64,000 bases of DNA from Paecilomyces variotii (lineage: Eukaryota). The stretch lies in the NCBI GenBank assembly GCA_004022145.1, contig RCNU01000002.1; one strand, given 5' to 3'. The first letter of the stretch is position 1; every line of letters begins with the position of its first letter. The translations under genes and the position numbers were made by a program. Below the pieces are notes generated by a model. The model was not told the origin of the DNA, made no database searches, and saw nothing but the letters and a program-made list of their open reading frames with translations. Positions 37,104 through 50,013 of this stretch are shown in pieces.

Positions 37104-37451
37104 AGTTGACCTCAACAGTAGCTAGCATGTTAAATACATACCTTCTCTGGTTTTCAAACTGCAAGAACATTGATTAGCGCACGAAACTATGCGTCCTTAA
37201 TGGGTATTTTTCTCTCGAGAAGCATAGAACTGAAAAAAAGTCTGAGATAAAGTAAAAGGAATAGAAGCCTTGACGACCAATGCTAAGATATCCCATTCCC
37301 AGCAGACATAAAACCAAACAGGACATACTTAACATTCGTCACTAAACCCGCATAAGCCCAAATGACCATAGAAAGGAACAAAAATCATCATCCAACTCCC
37401 TCATCAACAGCCCAAAAAGGCAAACATGCAGCAAAAAAAAAGGAATCATCC

Positions 37452-38129
37452 TCATTGGCGTCCAAACGAGAACATCGATCCCCACCCTTTTCGAGCCGGC
37501 ACTGGATCACCATGCGCTGAATTCGAATCCGCAGCCGTAACTTCAACACTAGTCGCCTTGATCGGTTGAAGCTCCAACCCCTTTTCGACATCAATCTCTC
37601 TCCTCGATCTATTCCTTCCATATCCATCCATCTTAACCGCACTTGGGTTAATGTTCGATCTCTTATCAAACCCAGAGCGACGGTCATGATGACTCTCCTC
37701 CTTGACTGGGGTCAGAGAAGACGAAGCCTTATCCCCACGGCCTGATTTCCTATTCATATCTCGAGTTGCAGTCTGTGGTAAAGGAGATCTAGCTGATCTG
37801 GCGAATCTCGGCGTCAATGGTGTTCTGATAGCTTCTCCGACACGACGAGCGGATTGTCGGAGTTTTTCGCGAAGACGCCATTGTCTGCGTTTGGCGATGA
37901 GGTAGAGGAATGCTGATGAGACTGTATCATGTTAGTTGGGGTCTAGTTATATATCGGGTATTCGTGGAGGGTGAATTGCATTATGGGTAAGCGAACCTCC
38001 GAGAATGACCACGACTCCTACTATAGTTATCAGGATCGCCATGGCTGTGGTTGATAGACCGGAAGATCCGTCGTCTGGGCCAGATGCCCCGGCTGCATTT
38101 TGAGCTGCGATGCTGTCTGAACTTGACAT
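37452..38129 (-). CDS. Single-pass membrane hypothetical protein, 2 exons
   Basis: MSSSDS...AMAILITIVGVVVILG|VSSAFLYLIAKRRQWRLREKLRQSARRV; intron about 37922-37995; basic stretch after the TM. Confidence 0.7.
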
Positions 38130-39291
38130 ATTGAAGGGATAGACACAGCAAAGTAGAATGAGGAAGCAATCTGTCCGTGTGAGAGATATCCTCTAGTTTA
38201 GTATCGAGTATCGAGTATCGAGTTAAGAATGCTAGCAACCTTTATTCTCCGGCTAATAAATAGAAGGACGACAAAGCGTCTTCAGGTTGAGAGACAAACA
38301 AGCAGATTCACAATCAAACAGAAGATCCTCTTTTCGAGAAAAAAAAAAGTACTCAGCATAGAAATCGAGAAAAGAGAAGAAAAAAAAAATCACCACAAGC
38401 GGGGGACCACATAGAGATCTATCTATCTATCTATCTGGGCCATGTATATCATCCGGGGGGACATGGCATGCATCAATCCCCTCAACCGCCAACTTAACCC
38501 AACGTCGTTGCAGATCCCCTATCCAAAGCCACCATCCTCCAACTTCATAGGCTGCCTTTCCTTCTTCTCACCCCTAACCTTAAGGCTCCAGAACCTCTCT
38601 AGACCCGTCACTCAACACCCAAGGCAGAATCCTCATGCAGTGCGAAACCGATATTCACGAGACTCATCTGGCGAATCAGATGTTCGGGCCTTCTGTTGAC
38701 GGTGGTGGAATTGGCGCCCGTCGGCACGGCAGACAAGGGGTGCGGCCAATGAATGGTGGGCGTGGAGCGCCGGGGGATGTGCTCATCACAATTGTTGTTT
38801 TTGGTTGTTCTTGGCGGGTGGTGGGCTTGTGAGTGGGTGCGAGATGGGCGTTTAGTCTAGATGGATGGATGGGGTATCTGTTGATTGTTGGCTTGATAGT
38901 TGGTGAGGGTGTGCTACTTAGCATCTGGGGGGTTTTAACTGCCCAACTAGCATTACTAGTAAACCAGATAAGAGCAAGTATGAAAAACAGCCAAAGCCGG
39001 GACTATTATATCAGGTAGGACCTCACTACTCCTTACACAGCATTCATGGCATATCCAGTGATTATTCTTAGAATCAATGATATCTAGGATGAAATTCATA
39101 CAGTGGCAAATTCGCAGACGTGACAGCTTCTATGAAAACGTTACGAACGCAAATCGAAGTATATGTATTATCACGTCCCTTGGACACCAAAAATAAATAT
39201 ATCTAACATGATCGCTCGCGCAAAAGGGTATTTTGGAATATCAGGCACGCACAAATAAGACTGAATCATCAAATCGACCTGAGTGGAGTTA

Positions 39292-41214
39292 TCACAGGAC
39301 TTTAACCTTCATCCATTCAACTGTGCCAACACCCAAGTTGAGTCCGTTCCGCGCCCACCATTCCCGAACTCGTTGTTCGGCCCCCGAAGATGGATCCGCG
39401 TCTTCAAGGGCTTCTTCAATGTCGCAGGTCTTGAACTCTACTCGTAGTCCACTGCGTCGCCACCACTCGAGAACGTCGTCGTGTCCATTCTTTGTTGCAC
39501 CGACAAGGACCTGGTTATCGAAAATCATCTTCGGTCCCTTAAGACGGAACCAAAGGTCGAGGACCCCAACGTGTCCGTGTGTGCTGGCGATGCGAGCAAC
39601 GGACTCCGTATGTGTATAGGGAATACCAGAAGCATCCCACCAAGCTATAGAAGCCGTGCTACCAGATTGGGCGGCGAGGAGTACGGATTTTCCGGATTTG
39701 AGAGGAATTGGTCGCGAGGGCGGAGCATTTGCAGAGGCGTTCTTCCACCATTCAAGGACATTAACGCGGCCTTCCGCACTTGCAGATTCGAGTGCTCGTT
39801 CGGTGTATCGAAGTGGCAGACCAGATGTACGCCACCATTCTAGCACATTAACGAAGCCAGCTCGAGATGCTCCGTCAACCGCGTCAGCAATGTATTCTTT
39901 CGTCGGGAGAGCAGCAGCGTCACGCCACCACGTCAGGATGGTAGGGTTCCCGTAGATGGCAGAGGCACGATAAGGAAGATTGGTCAGGCGGGTAGTGGTC
40001 CAGAAAAGATCAAGGTGGTTTTCGGCAAGGTAGGTGAGGATATCGGTTCGAGAAAACTTGAATATCAGATGGCATGCAAGATCTGACAACGGCTTCCAGC
40101 GAGGTAAAGCTTCGATGCGGGACTTGATGGCTGTGAATGAGCCTCTGAGAATGGTGTACTCAAGGGATGCTGGCGTTGACATTTTGAGGACGTGCGACTG
40201 CCACTCCTTTGGAACTGGCAGATTCGTCTGGATGCCGACGGCTTTGGCGATTTCCCAGTCCCGCAGGTGGTCTTCGAAGATGCTCAACCATAGCTCCAGC
40301 GGTAATGAGCGCGGGCCCTCAGCCCTGCCAGATCCATTTGTAGGATGCTCAAGGCGCTTCTGCATTTGGGCCCTAGATTTATCTAAGGGCGTCTGCATAA
40401 GATCCTTTGCAACATTCTTCTCAACTGCGTCGTCTCCTGGACGATCTGTTCGTCCATTATTTTGTGTGTCGGGTGAGGACAGTCCGAGTGCCTTCCGGAT
40501 AACCTCGTCGAAAACCCCCAAGCCATCCCAGGGCACCTGGACCAGTTCGTCCGGGCTCACGGACTTCCACAAGATAGGAGCAATGACACTGACCCAAGGC
40601 CAATACGTCTCGATATCCCTCAGTTGCCGTTTGGTCAATGGATTCTTCCATTCCTGCAACGTCATGCCCGGAACCAATACCACAGACTTTGTAGAATCCC
40701 ACGCCCGCAACAATGCCAACGTCAGAGTATTCGTCAGGCCGGAGAGCATCGACCCTAAGGTGCCCGCATCTATAGGGGCGACAATGAGCATATCCGCCCA
40801 GTCACAGAGCTCTGCGGCTTTCGCCCTCAGCCACCTCCGCGGCCCAGTCTTCCTCTCGAAAGTGTGACTTTCCACCGAATCCATGTAATGCGGGATCTTA
40901 TTCGCACCGGCGAGCAAGGCGGATGGTTCGTCTGTGATCAATCGTAGTTCCACATCCGGGTTCTGAACGAGGGAGGGCAGGATGGTATCCACGAAAGCAC
41001 TGTCCGTCGACAAGAGGAGTCGTCTGCGACGGCCGGTCGCCGTGTCTGTCTCCTGGTGCTCTCCATTGATAAGTATTGCACTACTGGTGCCATTCTCGTC
41101 GAGGTGGTCGTCGTCGTTATCTTGGTCGATGGCCCTCTCGCGAATGCACACCCTCTTGACACTCTTCTGGTCCTGCGGTATCACTTGGAGATCCGCACAG
41201 AGACCGATAGCCAT
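39292..41214 (-). CDS. Flavoprotein (Hal3/PPCDC-like HFCD fold) fused to ankyrin-like repeats
   Basis: ELCDWADMLIVAPIDAGTLGSMLSGLTNTL...LLRAWD..K.VVLVPGM...W.NPLT, then repeated A.D.AS.xG.v.VL.WW units. Confidence 0.8.
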   Translation of the reverse strand: MAIGLCADLQVIPQDQKSVKRVCIRERAIDQDNDDDHLDENGTSSAILINGEHQETDTATGRRRRLLLSTDSAFVDTILPSLVQNPDVELRLITDEPSALLAGANKIPHYMDSVESHTFERKTGPRRWLRAKAAELCDWADMLIVAPIDAGTLGSMLSGLTNTLTLALLRAWDSTKSVVLVPGMTLQEWKNPLTKRQLRDIETYWPWVSVIAPILWKSVSPDELVQVPWDGLGVFDEVIRKALGLSSPDTQNNGRTDRPGDDAVEKNVAKDLMQTPLDKSRAQMQKRLEHPTNGSGRAEGPRSLPLELWLSIFEDHLRDWEIAKAVGIQTNLPVPKEWQSHVLKMSTPASLEYTILRGSFTAIKSRIEALPRWKPLSDLACHLIFKFSRTDILTYLAENHLDLFWTTTRLTNLPYRASAIYGNPTILTWWRDAAALPTKEYIADAVDGASRAGFVNVLEWWRTSGLPLRYTERALESASAEGRVNVLEWWKNASANAPPSRPIPLKSGKSVLLAAQSGSTASIAWWDASGIPYTHTESVARIASTHGHVGVLDLWFRLKGPKMIFDNQVLVGATKNGHDDVLEWWRRSGLRVEFKTCDIEEALEDADPSSGAEQRVREWWARNGLNLGVGTVEWMKVKVL

Positions 41215-42826
41215 CCTCCAGATCGAGGACTTCACCTCACACCAAAAAGTTTTATTGTACTCGCGGTACGATAATCTCGGGCGACGATAGCTGAGGATTC
41301 GATAGTAGGACAGTCAGGATAAGAAGGAAGTAATAGGCGAGTAAGACTGGACAACAGACAATCAATCTCTCCAGCTTTGACAGATATCCGCAGTCAGCAC
41401 TAGGATTGCGCCCTGGTCTGTATAGATGAACGGTTTCAACAATAGCGGAATCACTTCCGGACGGTAAGGACGGGCAAAAGGATCGTTGTTATACACGGCC
41501 CACTTCGATCTGGCGAGAAGAAGTCCGATCCCTCTCCACTGGATGTCCGATGTAGGGTGCGTAGGGTAGCAAAGGGATCGCAGATCACCGTCTGATTTCT
41601 TCCAACGAATGTCAAGCACCAGTGCAGTTCGAACGTGTCAGCCGTTGCTTTGATCGGACGGACAAGGCGGTGTGGAATGGGAAAGCTGCGGCGTTGGACG
41701 AGAAGTGGATGGTCGATATGCACTGGTTCATCGAGTTGTAGCTTCAAGAACAACGATGCGATTCCGTCGCCACCTCTTCGCCCCAGCCGCAGGGTTCTTC
41801 TTCGAATACCAAACCAAACCAAACAATCCAAATTGCATTGAAATCGCACTTCTTTGGTTCGGTAGCGTTAATTAATACATGACAGTCGTGACCGAGACAA
41901 TTCCTCCGTAACGGGCCCAAGCTCTGGAGAAATAGTCACTAAAGGACTCCTTTTTTCAACTCGATAACGGACTATCTTCGGCCCCTCCTGGAGACGGGCT
42001 CTACTCCGTAGTTAAATAATAATCAGTCTAAAACGGAGGCTGCCCGGTTGGCGATCGCTGGCTGGCTGGCGTTCTTTTTCTCTCGCCGGGACCGCCACTT
42101 CGTCCCGCCAACCACTCGCCGTTCGGGCTTAATAAACTTGACTTCAGACGGACGTAACCCGGTCGCTCCAAGTATTTTAGATATGCTCAAGTCTGGATCT
42201 CGTTTCGGCAAATGACAAGAATCCTGGCATTATTGCAATATCTCAGGATTTCGATGTTCTGGACAGCTCACTTCTGCTAGCTAATAATTACCAGCCCTTG
42301 CTCACAAGTAGGTAGATTTTAGCACCGGAAGCGTTACTGCTGCAGCTGAAACTACACAGGTACGGGATGGATGATACATGCAGGAGGTACAGGAGATGAT
42401 ACTTTTAGGTAAACTCTATAGTAGTGCCAGCAATCTGAGCTTCGTGGTCGATTATTCTTGTCGGTTGCTGATTTGAGGGTTCTTTATCTTCAACCAGATA
42501 AGTCGTTATTGTCCGTGTAAATTTCTATACGTTGTTAGCCATGCATATACGAGAATTACACCTGAGAGACTAAGCTTGTATTCTCGTGTTTCTCAGGTAT
42601 TCAACCGTCGTCGGACAATTACGGTGTGGTAAAGTTGCATAGAATGGAACAGATCAAACTGAAATTTCTTCATTATATTTCGTGCCTCATCATATGCGTA
42701 AGTTCTATGCATGCATGCATGTCTATCCAAGAAGCCATGCCGTCTCTCAACAACTGTAATAATGTGTCAGTTTTGGTATGTACACGCTGACCACAACATC
42801 GTCCCAACGAGTCTTGCATCTACGTA

Positions 42827-44557
42827 TCACTCCTGTGCGTCTCGTCTCTCTAGGTTGTTGTGAAGCTTGTGCTCTCGCATAGCGACACTTGATAGGGCCC
42901 CGAGAATGCTGAGCCCAAGCAGTGTGATGAACACGGCGCGAAGAGCCTCCATGTACACTTCAATCACACCGGGCCTCCAGTCAGCAGGAAGCTTGTGGAT
43001 CTCATCCAGACTGTCCCTGATTTTTGGAATCAGTTCACCAGCACCTTCTTTGTCACCAAACCGAGACCACAGTCCAGATTTGAGGACGTTCTGGAAGACG
43101 GCAGAGGCAATGGTGATTCCAATAGTACTCCCTGTACTACGGAAGGCATACGAGGCAGACGTGATGACGGCCTGGTACTGGTGCTCGACGGCGGAGATCA
43201 GAGCAACCAACGTCACAGTGAGCATACCACCGTAGCCCACACCGAGGAAGAACAAGTAAATGAACGGCACCCAAGCAGGCGTGGAGAAAGTAAAGGTGCA
43301 TATCAACGCGGATGATCCGACCAGGAAGAACATGAGGAGATGGTTGAAGATCATATAACGGCCGTAGACTCGCATCAGAATGCCCGAGCCCAGAGAGCCT
43401 AGAGCAGTGCCAATGGCCTGTGGAATCAGTCGCACGCCCGCGGCTGTCGCTGAGTAACCTTGCACCTGGAAATAAAGCGGCAGGTATAGAAGCAAACCGA
43501 AGACGGACATCGTACCGAACCAGTTCGCCAGGCAAGCAGATAGAACTGTCCGGTGCAGGAGTAGTCGGACTGGAATGACTGGCTCGGACACCACTCTGTC
43601 TTCAATATAGATAAACACCACCAACGAAACCAGTGACAGCGGAATGGTAGTCAGAACCAGGGGATGTGTCCACGGGACCTGGTTACCGCCAGCATTCAGA
43701 CCCAATAGCAGCAGAACCAGCGTGATGACTAGAGTGATAGCCCCAAGGAAATCAATCCGCTTGATCCGTGACTTATCTGTCTCTTTCGCAGGGACTTTCA
43801 CCTTGAGCGAGACCAAAATGCAAGAGACCGCGAGGAAAGGGACCTGGATATAGAAGGCCCATCTCCATCCCAGGGTATCGTTAATCCACCCGCCGAAAAC
43901 TCCTCCCAATCCACTGCCAGCTCCGTAGCAGATGTTTCCAATGCCCTGCCAGACGCCTCGCCTGCGCAGTGGTACCAAATCCGACGTGACAAAGGTCGAG
44001 ATTGCGGTGAGTCCACCGCCACCCATACCGGCGACGACGCGGCCGAATACAATGGCCCCTTGGCTTTTGGCAAGACCACATAGCAGGTTTCCAAGCCCGA
44101 AGAGGATATTGCACACCACCAGGCCTGCGCGGCGGGAGTATATATCGGTGAGCTTGCCACTGAGAGGCTGGAAGGCGGCATTGGAGATCAGATAAGACGT
44201 CGCAAGCCAAGACAGAAGAGACAATGAATTGAACGAGGATGATATGGGGGCAGAAAGTGTCGCAACGACCGTGGTATCTGTTGATCAAGGCCAATGTTAG
44301 CCAACTGCCCAAGTCCGCGCAGAGAAGTGGATAGCAAGAGTTCTCGTACCCAAGGCAGCTAGAAATACTCCCAGCCAAATACTACCAAGGATCAGGACCA
44401 ATTCCTTCGTCGTTGGTTCCTTGACAATGGGCGTCTCCTCAGAAGCCACTGCTCCTCTATTCTGGGCCTCTGCCGCGCCTCCGTCACGGTTATCCCGGAG
44501 AAGTGGCGTCTGTTCGGTCGCGGCAACGCCATTGCTTGATTCCACTTCGGGAGCCAT
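42827..44557 (-). CDS. MFS multidrug transporter (14-TMS, Vba/DHA2-like), 2 exons
   Basis: TEQTPLL vacuolar-type motif, GVFLAALD|TTVVATL, QPLSGKLTDIYSRR, GRVVAGMGGGG, WRWAFYIQVP, FRSTGSTIG. Confidence 0.9.
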
Positions 44558-46495
44558 TCTCACACCTGCGTCTCAAGAAGGAGAGTGATTCTCAATCCCT
44601 ACTCCCCGTTGATTGTCTGAAGGCAGAAGACATCTTGACGAACAGCTCAAGTAAGCTTGATGAGCGGGTGGGGCGTCGATGAACTCCACCGAGCGATGAT
44701 AACAAACAGTGGGGGAACTATTCCCGCTCAGGTAGGTATCATCGTCTACCATAGAGTATGCCGACTCATCGTAAATGAGAACAAAGTTCCTACCAACAGG
44801 AGCGGAGAGGGCACAACGGCGTGGCGTCAGATCTGCGGACAGTAATGTCGGGAGAAACACACAATGGTCCATTTCGATCCGGAGTTACAGTATGCCGCTT
44901 CTCTGTGAGAGGAACATACCGGACATGTCTGTCATGTCTATCACATAAGAGTAGATACACTGCTCTGGAAGATAAAAGACAAGGCTGAGTGACACGCATT
45001 ATCGCTAAGATAGAAATCAAGAACGATGAATATGTTGAAAATGGGAAATTATGATTAATGTTGATTCAAGTCTGATCCAGGTATTTAAGCCCGTTCCTTC
45101 TTCACAAATATATCTCAACTTCAGACGCGGGGCATACTTAATATCTCAGAAAAGTTTAGCATAAAGCTGTAATACTCCGTAGATATGCATAGTGGGCCCA
45201 TCTAGATTCCAAGAAGAGACTATAGCCGGGTAGGCTATAATATAATGCTCTCTATAAAACAGTAGTAGATCCAAGTTCAAGTGGCCCGTGAACCGAATAT
45301 CAGTCGATCAACTTGGACCTATTTCCGACTCAGATATGCAGCTATGTTAAGCGTGAAGGAGAACTGCATACAAGAAACCTTCTGAGACGTTTTATGTCTA
45401 CGATTGGGCCACCCTATGCAACGGTATGTTGATGTCCAATGCGAATTGTATGTCTCTATGGCTTCGAATTTTGATAGCGACCATTACTCCTAATCGAGCC
45501 TCCAAAGACAAGAACAAAACTTGTATCTCTGCATATCTATGGGGGGAAAAATTCATCCTCTGCTATAACGTCGAAGTCCTATAAGCCTTATTATTCTATG
45601 GAATCTATAACCATCAATGGACGGATTCGTGAGCCTACTGAGGGTCAGACAGGAGTGTTTCGGATATGAGTAGCAAGTTGATGGATTCAATGGAATCGAC
45701 TCCTCGAGGATGTTCATGTCTCTATGGTACGACACAGATGCTCCTCTCTCACTGTGTTACCAGCTAGCCCATGTTGTATGGACACTGTTCGTCGGCGCAT
45801 CTCGACGAACTAGTGGGATGGAGTCGGGACCTCCCGTCGTTTCACAGCGCAGCTTGGGGGCACCAACTCTGCTCCTCAACCACTGACAAACTGGCCGTTT
45901 CCAATCCTCGATATCCAACATTCGCACCATCTCTACGGCAGTTGCTTCACTGTGATGTTCCGCATTGTTCGTCGTGCATCGCGTCGGAGCTCGCCGACGG
46001 GCGACCATTCGGTGGCGCGATCCCGGAAGCTGGCTGGATTCAGCTCAGTCTCGCGACCATCCTGTGACCGAGCATCGATTCCGAATCATCCCTCTACGGT
46101 AGAGTAGTGGCGTGATAGAGACCGTTAAAGGTGGAGAAACCAGTAGAGATTCCCGTTCGTAAGCTGTCAGATGTAATTGCCGGACCGGCTCTCGATCCGT
46201 GCTCCTTGCTCTAGTGATTATGACTGCCGGAAGTGTGGGGAACTGGGACATATACAAATACGGGCTCACTTCTCGAGGGATCCAGGCATTCAGATCAGCG
46301 ATCCATCAAGCAATCAATCAATCAAGCATTCAGAACAGCAACAAGACTTGTAAAGCTCTTCCAACTTCCATCTTTCCGCGAGGCTTGTTGAGACTACATA
46401 CCTGAGCAGATACACTTAAGCCGTGAATCCCTACTCTTTACGGGAAATACCAACTTCGACCATCCTATATAGAACGTCCACAAAATCATTCCAAA

Positions 46496-46968
46496 ATGCG
46501 CCCCTTCCACACGGCATCTCAACCTCACCACATCTTCACTCATCGACCAAGCCCCCACGTGAACCGCCTCACTGCGGCCCAGACCCCCAAAGTTGGTCGA
46601 ATCGGGCGTTGGTATGTCCTACATCACATCACCTCTATATATAAAACGAACAAATCTCCTAACATCAACTCCCACTCACAATACAGGTACCTACCATCCA
46701 TGGCTCTAATCTGTCTCGGTTAGTTCCTCCTTTCCCAATTCCCATTACTTAAAAAAGCCAAATCTTCAAAAAACCCGCAGTTTCTTCTCTTCTAACAAAC
46801 AAAACAGGCTTCGGAATCACGAACTACATCCGCAGCCATCCCGCCACCAGCAGCGCTGGTAGAGACAACCAACTCACCCCACAGCAGCTGCAACTCCTCG
46901 AATCATATGGAAACCGCAACACATTGGACGATGTCGAGCGAGCGATGGAGATCTACGAGGTGCAGTAG
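46496..46968 (+). CDS. Small single-TM hypothetical protein (102 aa, 3 exons)
   Basis: Exons 46496-46611, 46687-46718, 46808-46968 join in frame: ...PKVGRIGRWYLPSMALICLGFGITNY...QLLESYGNRNTLDDVERAMEIYEVQ; canonical donors and CTAAC branch sites. Confidence 0.7.
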
Positions 46969-47661
46969 CCAAACATAGCCGCTTCTTTTTTTTTTGTTTT
47001 TTTATTTATTTGGGTCATCCAGCTCTGATACGGGGGTTGTTGCCGTTTAGGTACCCAAGTGATGATGGCGGTGGATAATGAATTGGTTCTTCTTCCATTG
47101 GAGGAAGAAGAGCTGCATCGGCGTTCGGGATGTTTTCGATGAACGAACGAGGCTTTATATTGTGGAGTTTTTGAGGGTGTTGGGAGTTTCTGGGATTATT
47201 GTTGCTTTTTCCATAGCGATGCTAAGCGCCTTGTTTCTTTCTCTCTGGTTTTTTTCTGGAAAGAAAGGGAGAGTTGAGCGCGTCTCTTTCGATCTGAAAC
47301 TCGGCGCGGGCGTCGCAGTTTGTATGCTCTATTGCTGCTTATGCATTTTCTCTATGTTCCGCAACGTGACGATCGTTGTGCGGGCGATGTGGATGATTCA
47401 TGATGTGTTAGCTAAATAGCTACGGGATAACTATTCGAATCATAGCCTGATATGTGAATGTGAATATAATGATCCATAAAAAGCTTGGGCCTAGTTGTCT
47501 AGGTTGATGTATTGATTTTATAAGTTGAGAAAAGGGGTTCCTAGCATAAGATGCATCAAATCATCAAGTCGTAAAGTACAGTACAGGTGATTGTCGACAC
47601 TTGGTTTCCACATATAAACACCTAAGTGAGAACACTGTGATGGGACAACCGCAGAGGTTTC

Positions 47662-50013
47662 CTAATAACTCTCCAGGTTCTTCTCAACCACGGAGAGGAT
47701 ACACTCAAGACAGTTCCTAACATCCTTGCATGGCCATCTCTTCTGCCGCTGAGGATTCACCATGCCTTTAATACACTCCGACAGCGCCTCAGCTACTGAG
47801 GTACCGTCTCCCATGGTCATATCGCCACAGTCAACCTTCGCGCAGAAGTCCGAAGGAAGAACGTCATTTTGCCTCCCTGTCACATGCTGGCCCCTCGTGA
47901 GGTCCGCGAGGACAAACTGGCGCTCCATTTTCGTATTCAGCCGGTAGATAAGTTCAAAGAGGATCACCCCCAGAGCGAAGACGTCCAGTTTCTCATCGAT
48001 CACATAAGGGTTGTCAGCTTCAGGATGCTGGTCACTTGAATGATCCGCATTCTCTTTGCTGTGCATCGCTGAGTACATGGGTGGACAATAAAACTCGGTT
48101 CCCACGTGCCGTAACCGCTTGCTATTATCCTGAAGAGATGTAACGGCTGTTCCCGGACTCGAGTCGCTTATATGCGAAATGTCTGCAACGAGGCCAAAAT
48201 CGCCGATTCTGGGGAGGCAAGAGTAGGTAGGAGTCTCTCGCTTGCGCTTACACGACTGGCACTCGCTGGTCTCCTTGCCTTCAGGGAAAGATAGGAAGAT
48301 GTTGGCTGGCTTGAGATCTCGGTGGACAATACCCTTCGAGTGGAGATACTCCACGCCCGAAAGGATGCCAAGAATTATTTTCAGTGATGGTATAACATGG
48401 AAGCAGTGGCGACGCTTTTCAGAGTGGCCGTGTGGCACTCTAAGACTCTGAGGATTGAGATAGGTATTCAAGCTAATAGGGTGCAACGACATTTGAATAT
48501 GCAGAACGACAGCGGGAGCCTGAGAGCCATATCGGGGTCTATGCCGGATCTGTAGTCTGGACCTGTCCTCGCTCAATCCATCTGTGAAAATGTCTCCATC
48601 GGAACCTCCCATAGTTGACATTAATCCACGCGACGAAGCGTCAAAGTTCCTCGGTATAGACTCGACGTCGTCATCATCATCTTCAACATGAGCAGAGCTC
48701 TTCTTTGAGCGGTTCGACGTTATAGTCGCATGGCTACCCCGGCGCCTGGAACTTTCGGCAAAAGATGTCTCCTTATCGTTCGTAGCTTCCGACTTGGAAT
48801 CTTCTGCGAATATAATACCGTCGTCTGAGCCCCCGAAACTGGATATTAGACTTTCGGCGCTATCATCCGTCGACGGATGGCCAGGTTCGTGTTCAGCTCC
48901 TCGAACATTGTCCAGTGAACGCCCGTTGGCAAATCCATCAGCTTGTTCAACCCAAGCACCGTAGTATCGAACAACATTTGTATGCTCCAGTCGAGCCAAA
49001 GTTCGAATCTCTTTCATGATATGCTCCAGTTGCCGAAGGCCACCTTCTCGTAGTAGCTCGAGGCGTCTTCGGCTCAATGGAATCTTCTTGATGGCGTAAT
49101 TCTGCCCATCAACATGGTTCCTGACATGATAAACCTCCCCAAATGAACCGCGACCTAACATCTTGACTTCTGCGAATTCCACCGCATAACGGGACAGACG
49201 ATTGGGAGATTGTGGAGGAGGGGGAGAATCGAGTAATGAGAAACCCGCCGGTGAGCTCGAGAGCAGATATGGCGAGGGTTGAGGTGTGCCTCTGAAACTG
49301 ATGCGCGTCTCCACCAACCCAGGAGTTTTGCCTCTAAAGCCACGCTTTTTCATATCCCACCCCCCTGGTTCCTTCACCGTGGGTTGCTGTAGATGTGTAG
49401 CTGTGCTTGCCATGAGCTGCTTTTCCTGGGTTTGCGAAGGCAAGGAAGAGTCGGTTATAGCTCCTTTGGTTGACGGCCCTAAAGGTCCGTTGAGGTTCAT
49501 CCCTTCTAGGGCGCTGACCCCCAATACGTCGAGACTATCCCGGTAGTATTGTCTGGTTAGGCCCCAATCGTCGCTGTCGATTCCATTGGCGAGTACACCA
49601 TGAGAAGACAGGAACTGAGACTTGTAGGCGTACATCTTTCTGCCCAGGTACTGGACCTCGGGTGATTCTCGGGTATATCGTCCATGAGAGCCTTGTTGGG
49701 AGTTGAGGATATCTGCAGCCCGGGTCATACAATAGAACTCCAACAATGCTGAAGTCATGAGCGTAGCATGTCCCTCAGCATCTACGTCGAGGACCGCATC
49801 CTCATCCGCATCTTCTGAGCCCTGTGCCTTTTCATAGGAGCCGGGGTCACTGCCAGCCATTGAGCCAAGGCTACCTAGGATCCTTTCCCCCGCAGCATAC
49901 CTATTCTGCTCGCTTGAGTTGCGACCAGGACTGGGGTCCTCGTACTCAAAATCATCCGTGCTGGACTCAGGATCAGAATCAGAGATGTCAGCTGCCGATC
50001 GAAACATGGACAT
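47662..50013 (-). CDS. eIF2alpha kinase, HRI-like (PEK family)
   Basis: RYAVEF, LGRGSFGEV, DGQNYAIKKI, LARLEHTNVVRYYGAWVE, long kinase insert, LHIQM, HRDLKPANIF, IGDFGL, VGTEFY, DVFALG. Confidence 0.85.
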   Translation of the reverse strand: MSMFRSAADISDSDPESSTDDFEYEDPSPGRNSSEQNRYAAGERILGSLGSMAGSDPGSYEKAQGSEDADEDAVLDVDAEGHATLMTSALLEFYCMTRAADILNSQQGSHGRYTRESPEVQYLGRKMYAYKSQFLSSHGVLANGIDSDDWGLTRQYYRDSLDVLGVSALEGMNLNGPLGPSTKGAITDSSLPSQTQEKQLMASTATHLQQPTVKEPGGWDMKKRGFRGKTPGLVETRISFRGTPQPSPYLLSSSPAGFSLLDSPPPPQSPNRLSRYAVEFAEVKMLGRGSFGEVYHVRNHVDGQNYAIKKIPLSRRRLELLREGGLRQLEHIMKEIRTLARLEHTNVVRYYGAWVEQADGFANGRSLDNVRGAEHEPGHPSTDDSAESLISSFGGSDDGIIFAEDSKSEATNDKETSFAESSRRRGSHATITSNRSKKSSAHVEDDDDDVESIPRNFDASSRGLMSTMGGSDGDIFTDGLSEDRSRLQIRHRPRYGSQAPAVVLHIQMSLHPISLNTYLNPQSLRVPHGHSEKRRHCFHVIPSLKIILGILSGVEYLHSKGIVHRDLKPANIFLSFPEGKETSECQSCKRKRETPTYSCLPRIGDFGLVADISHISDSSPGTAVTSLQDNSKRLRHVGTEFYCPPMYSAMHSKENADHSSDQHPEADNPYVIDEKLDVFALGVILFELIYRLNTKMERQFVLADLTRGQHVTGRQNDVLPSDFCAKVDCGDMTMGDGTSVAEALSECIKGMVNPQRQKRWPCKDVRNCLECILSVVEKNLESY

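Noticed and set aside
39292-41214. LanD/EpiD-type decarboxylase acting on the RiPP
   Set aside because: The core has no C-terminal Cys, catalytic residues appear missing, and the protein lacks a signal peptide whereas the precursor enters the secretory pathway.
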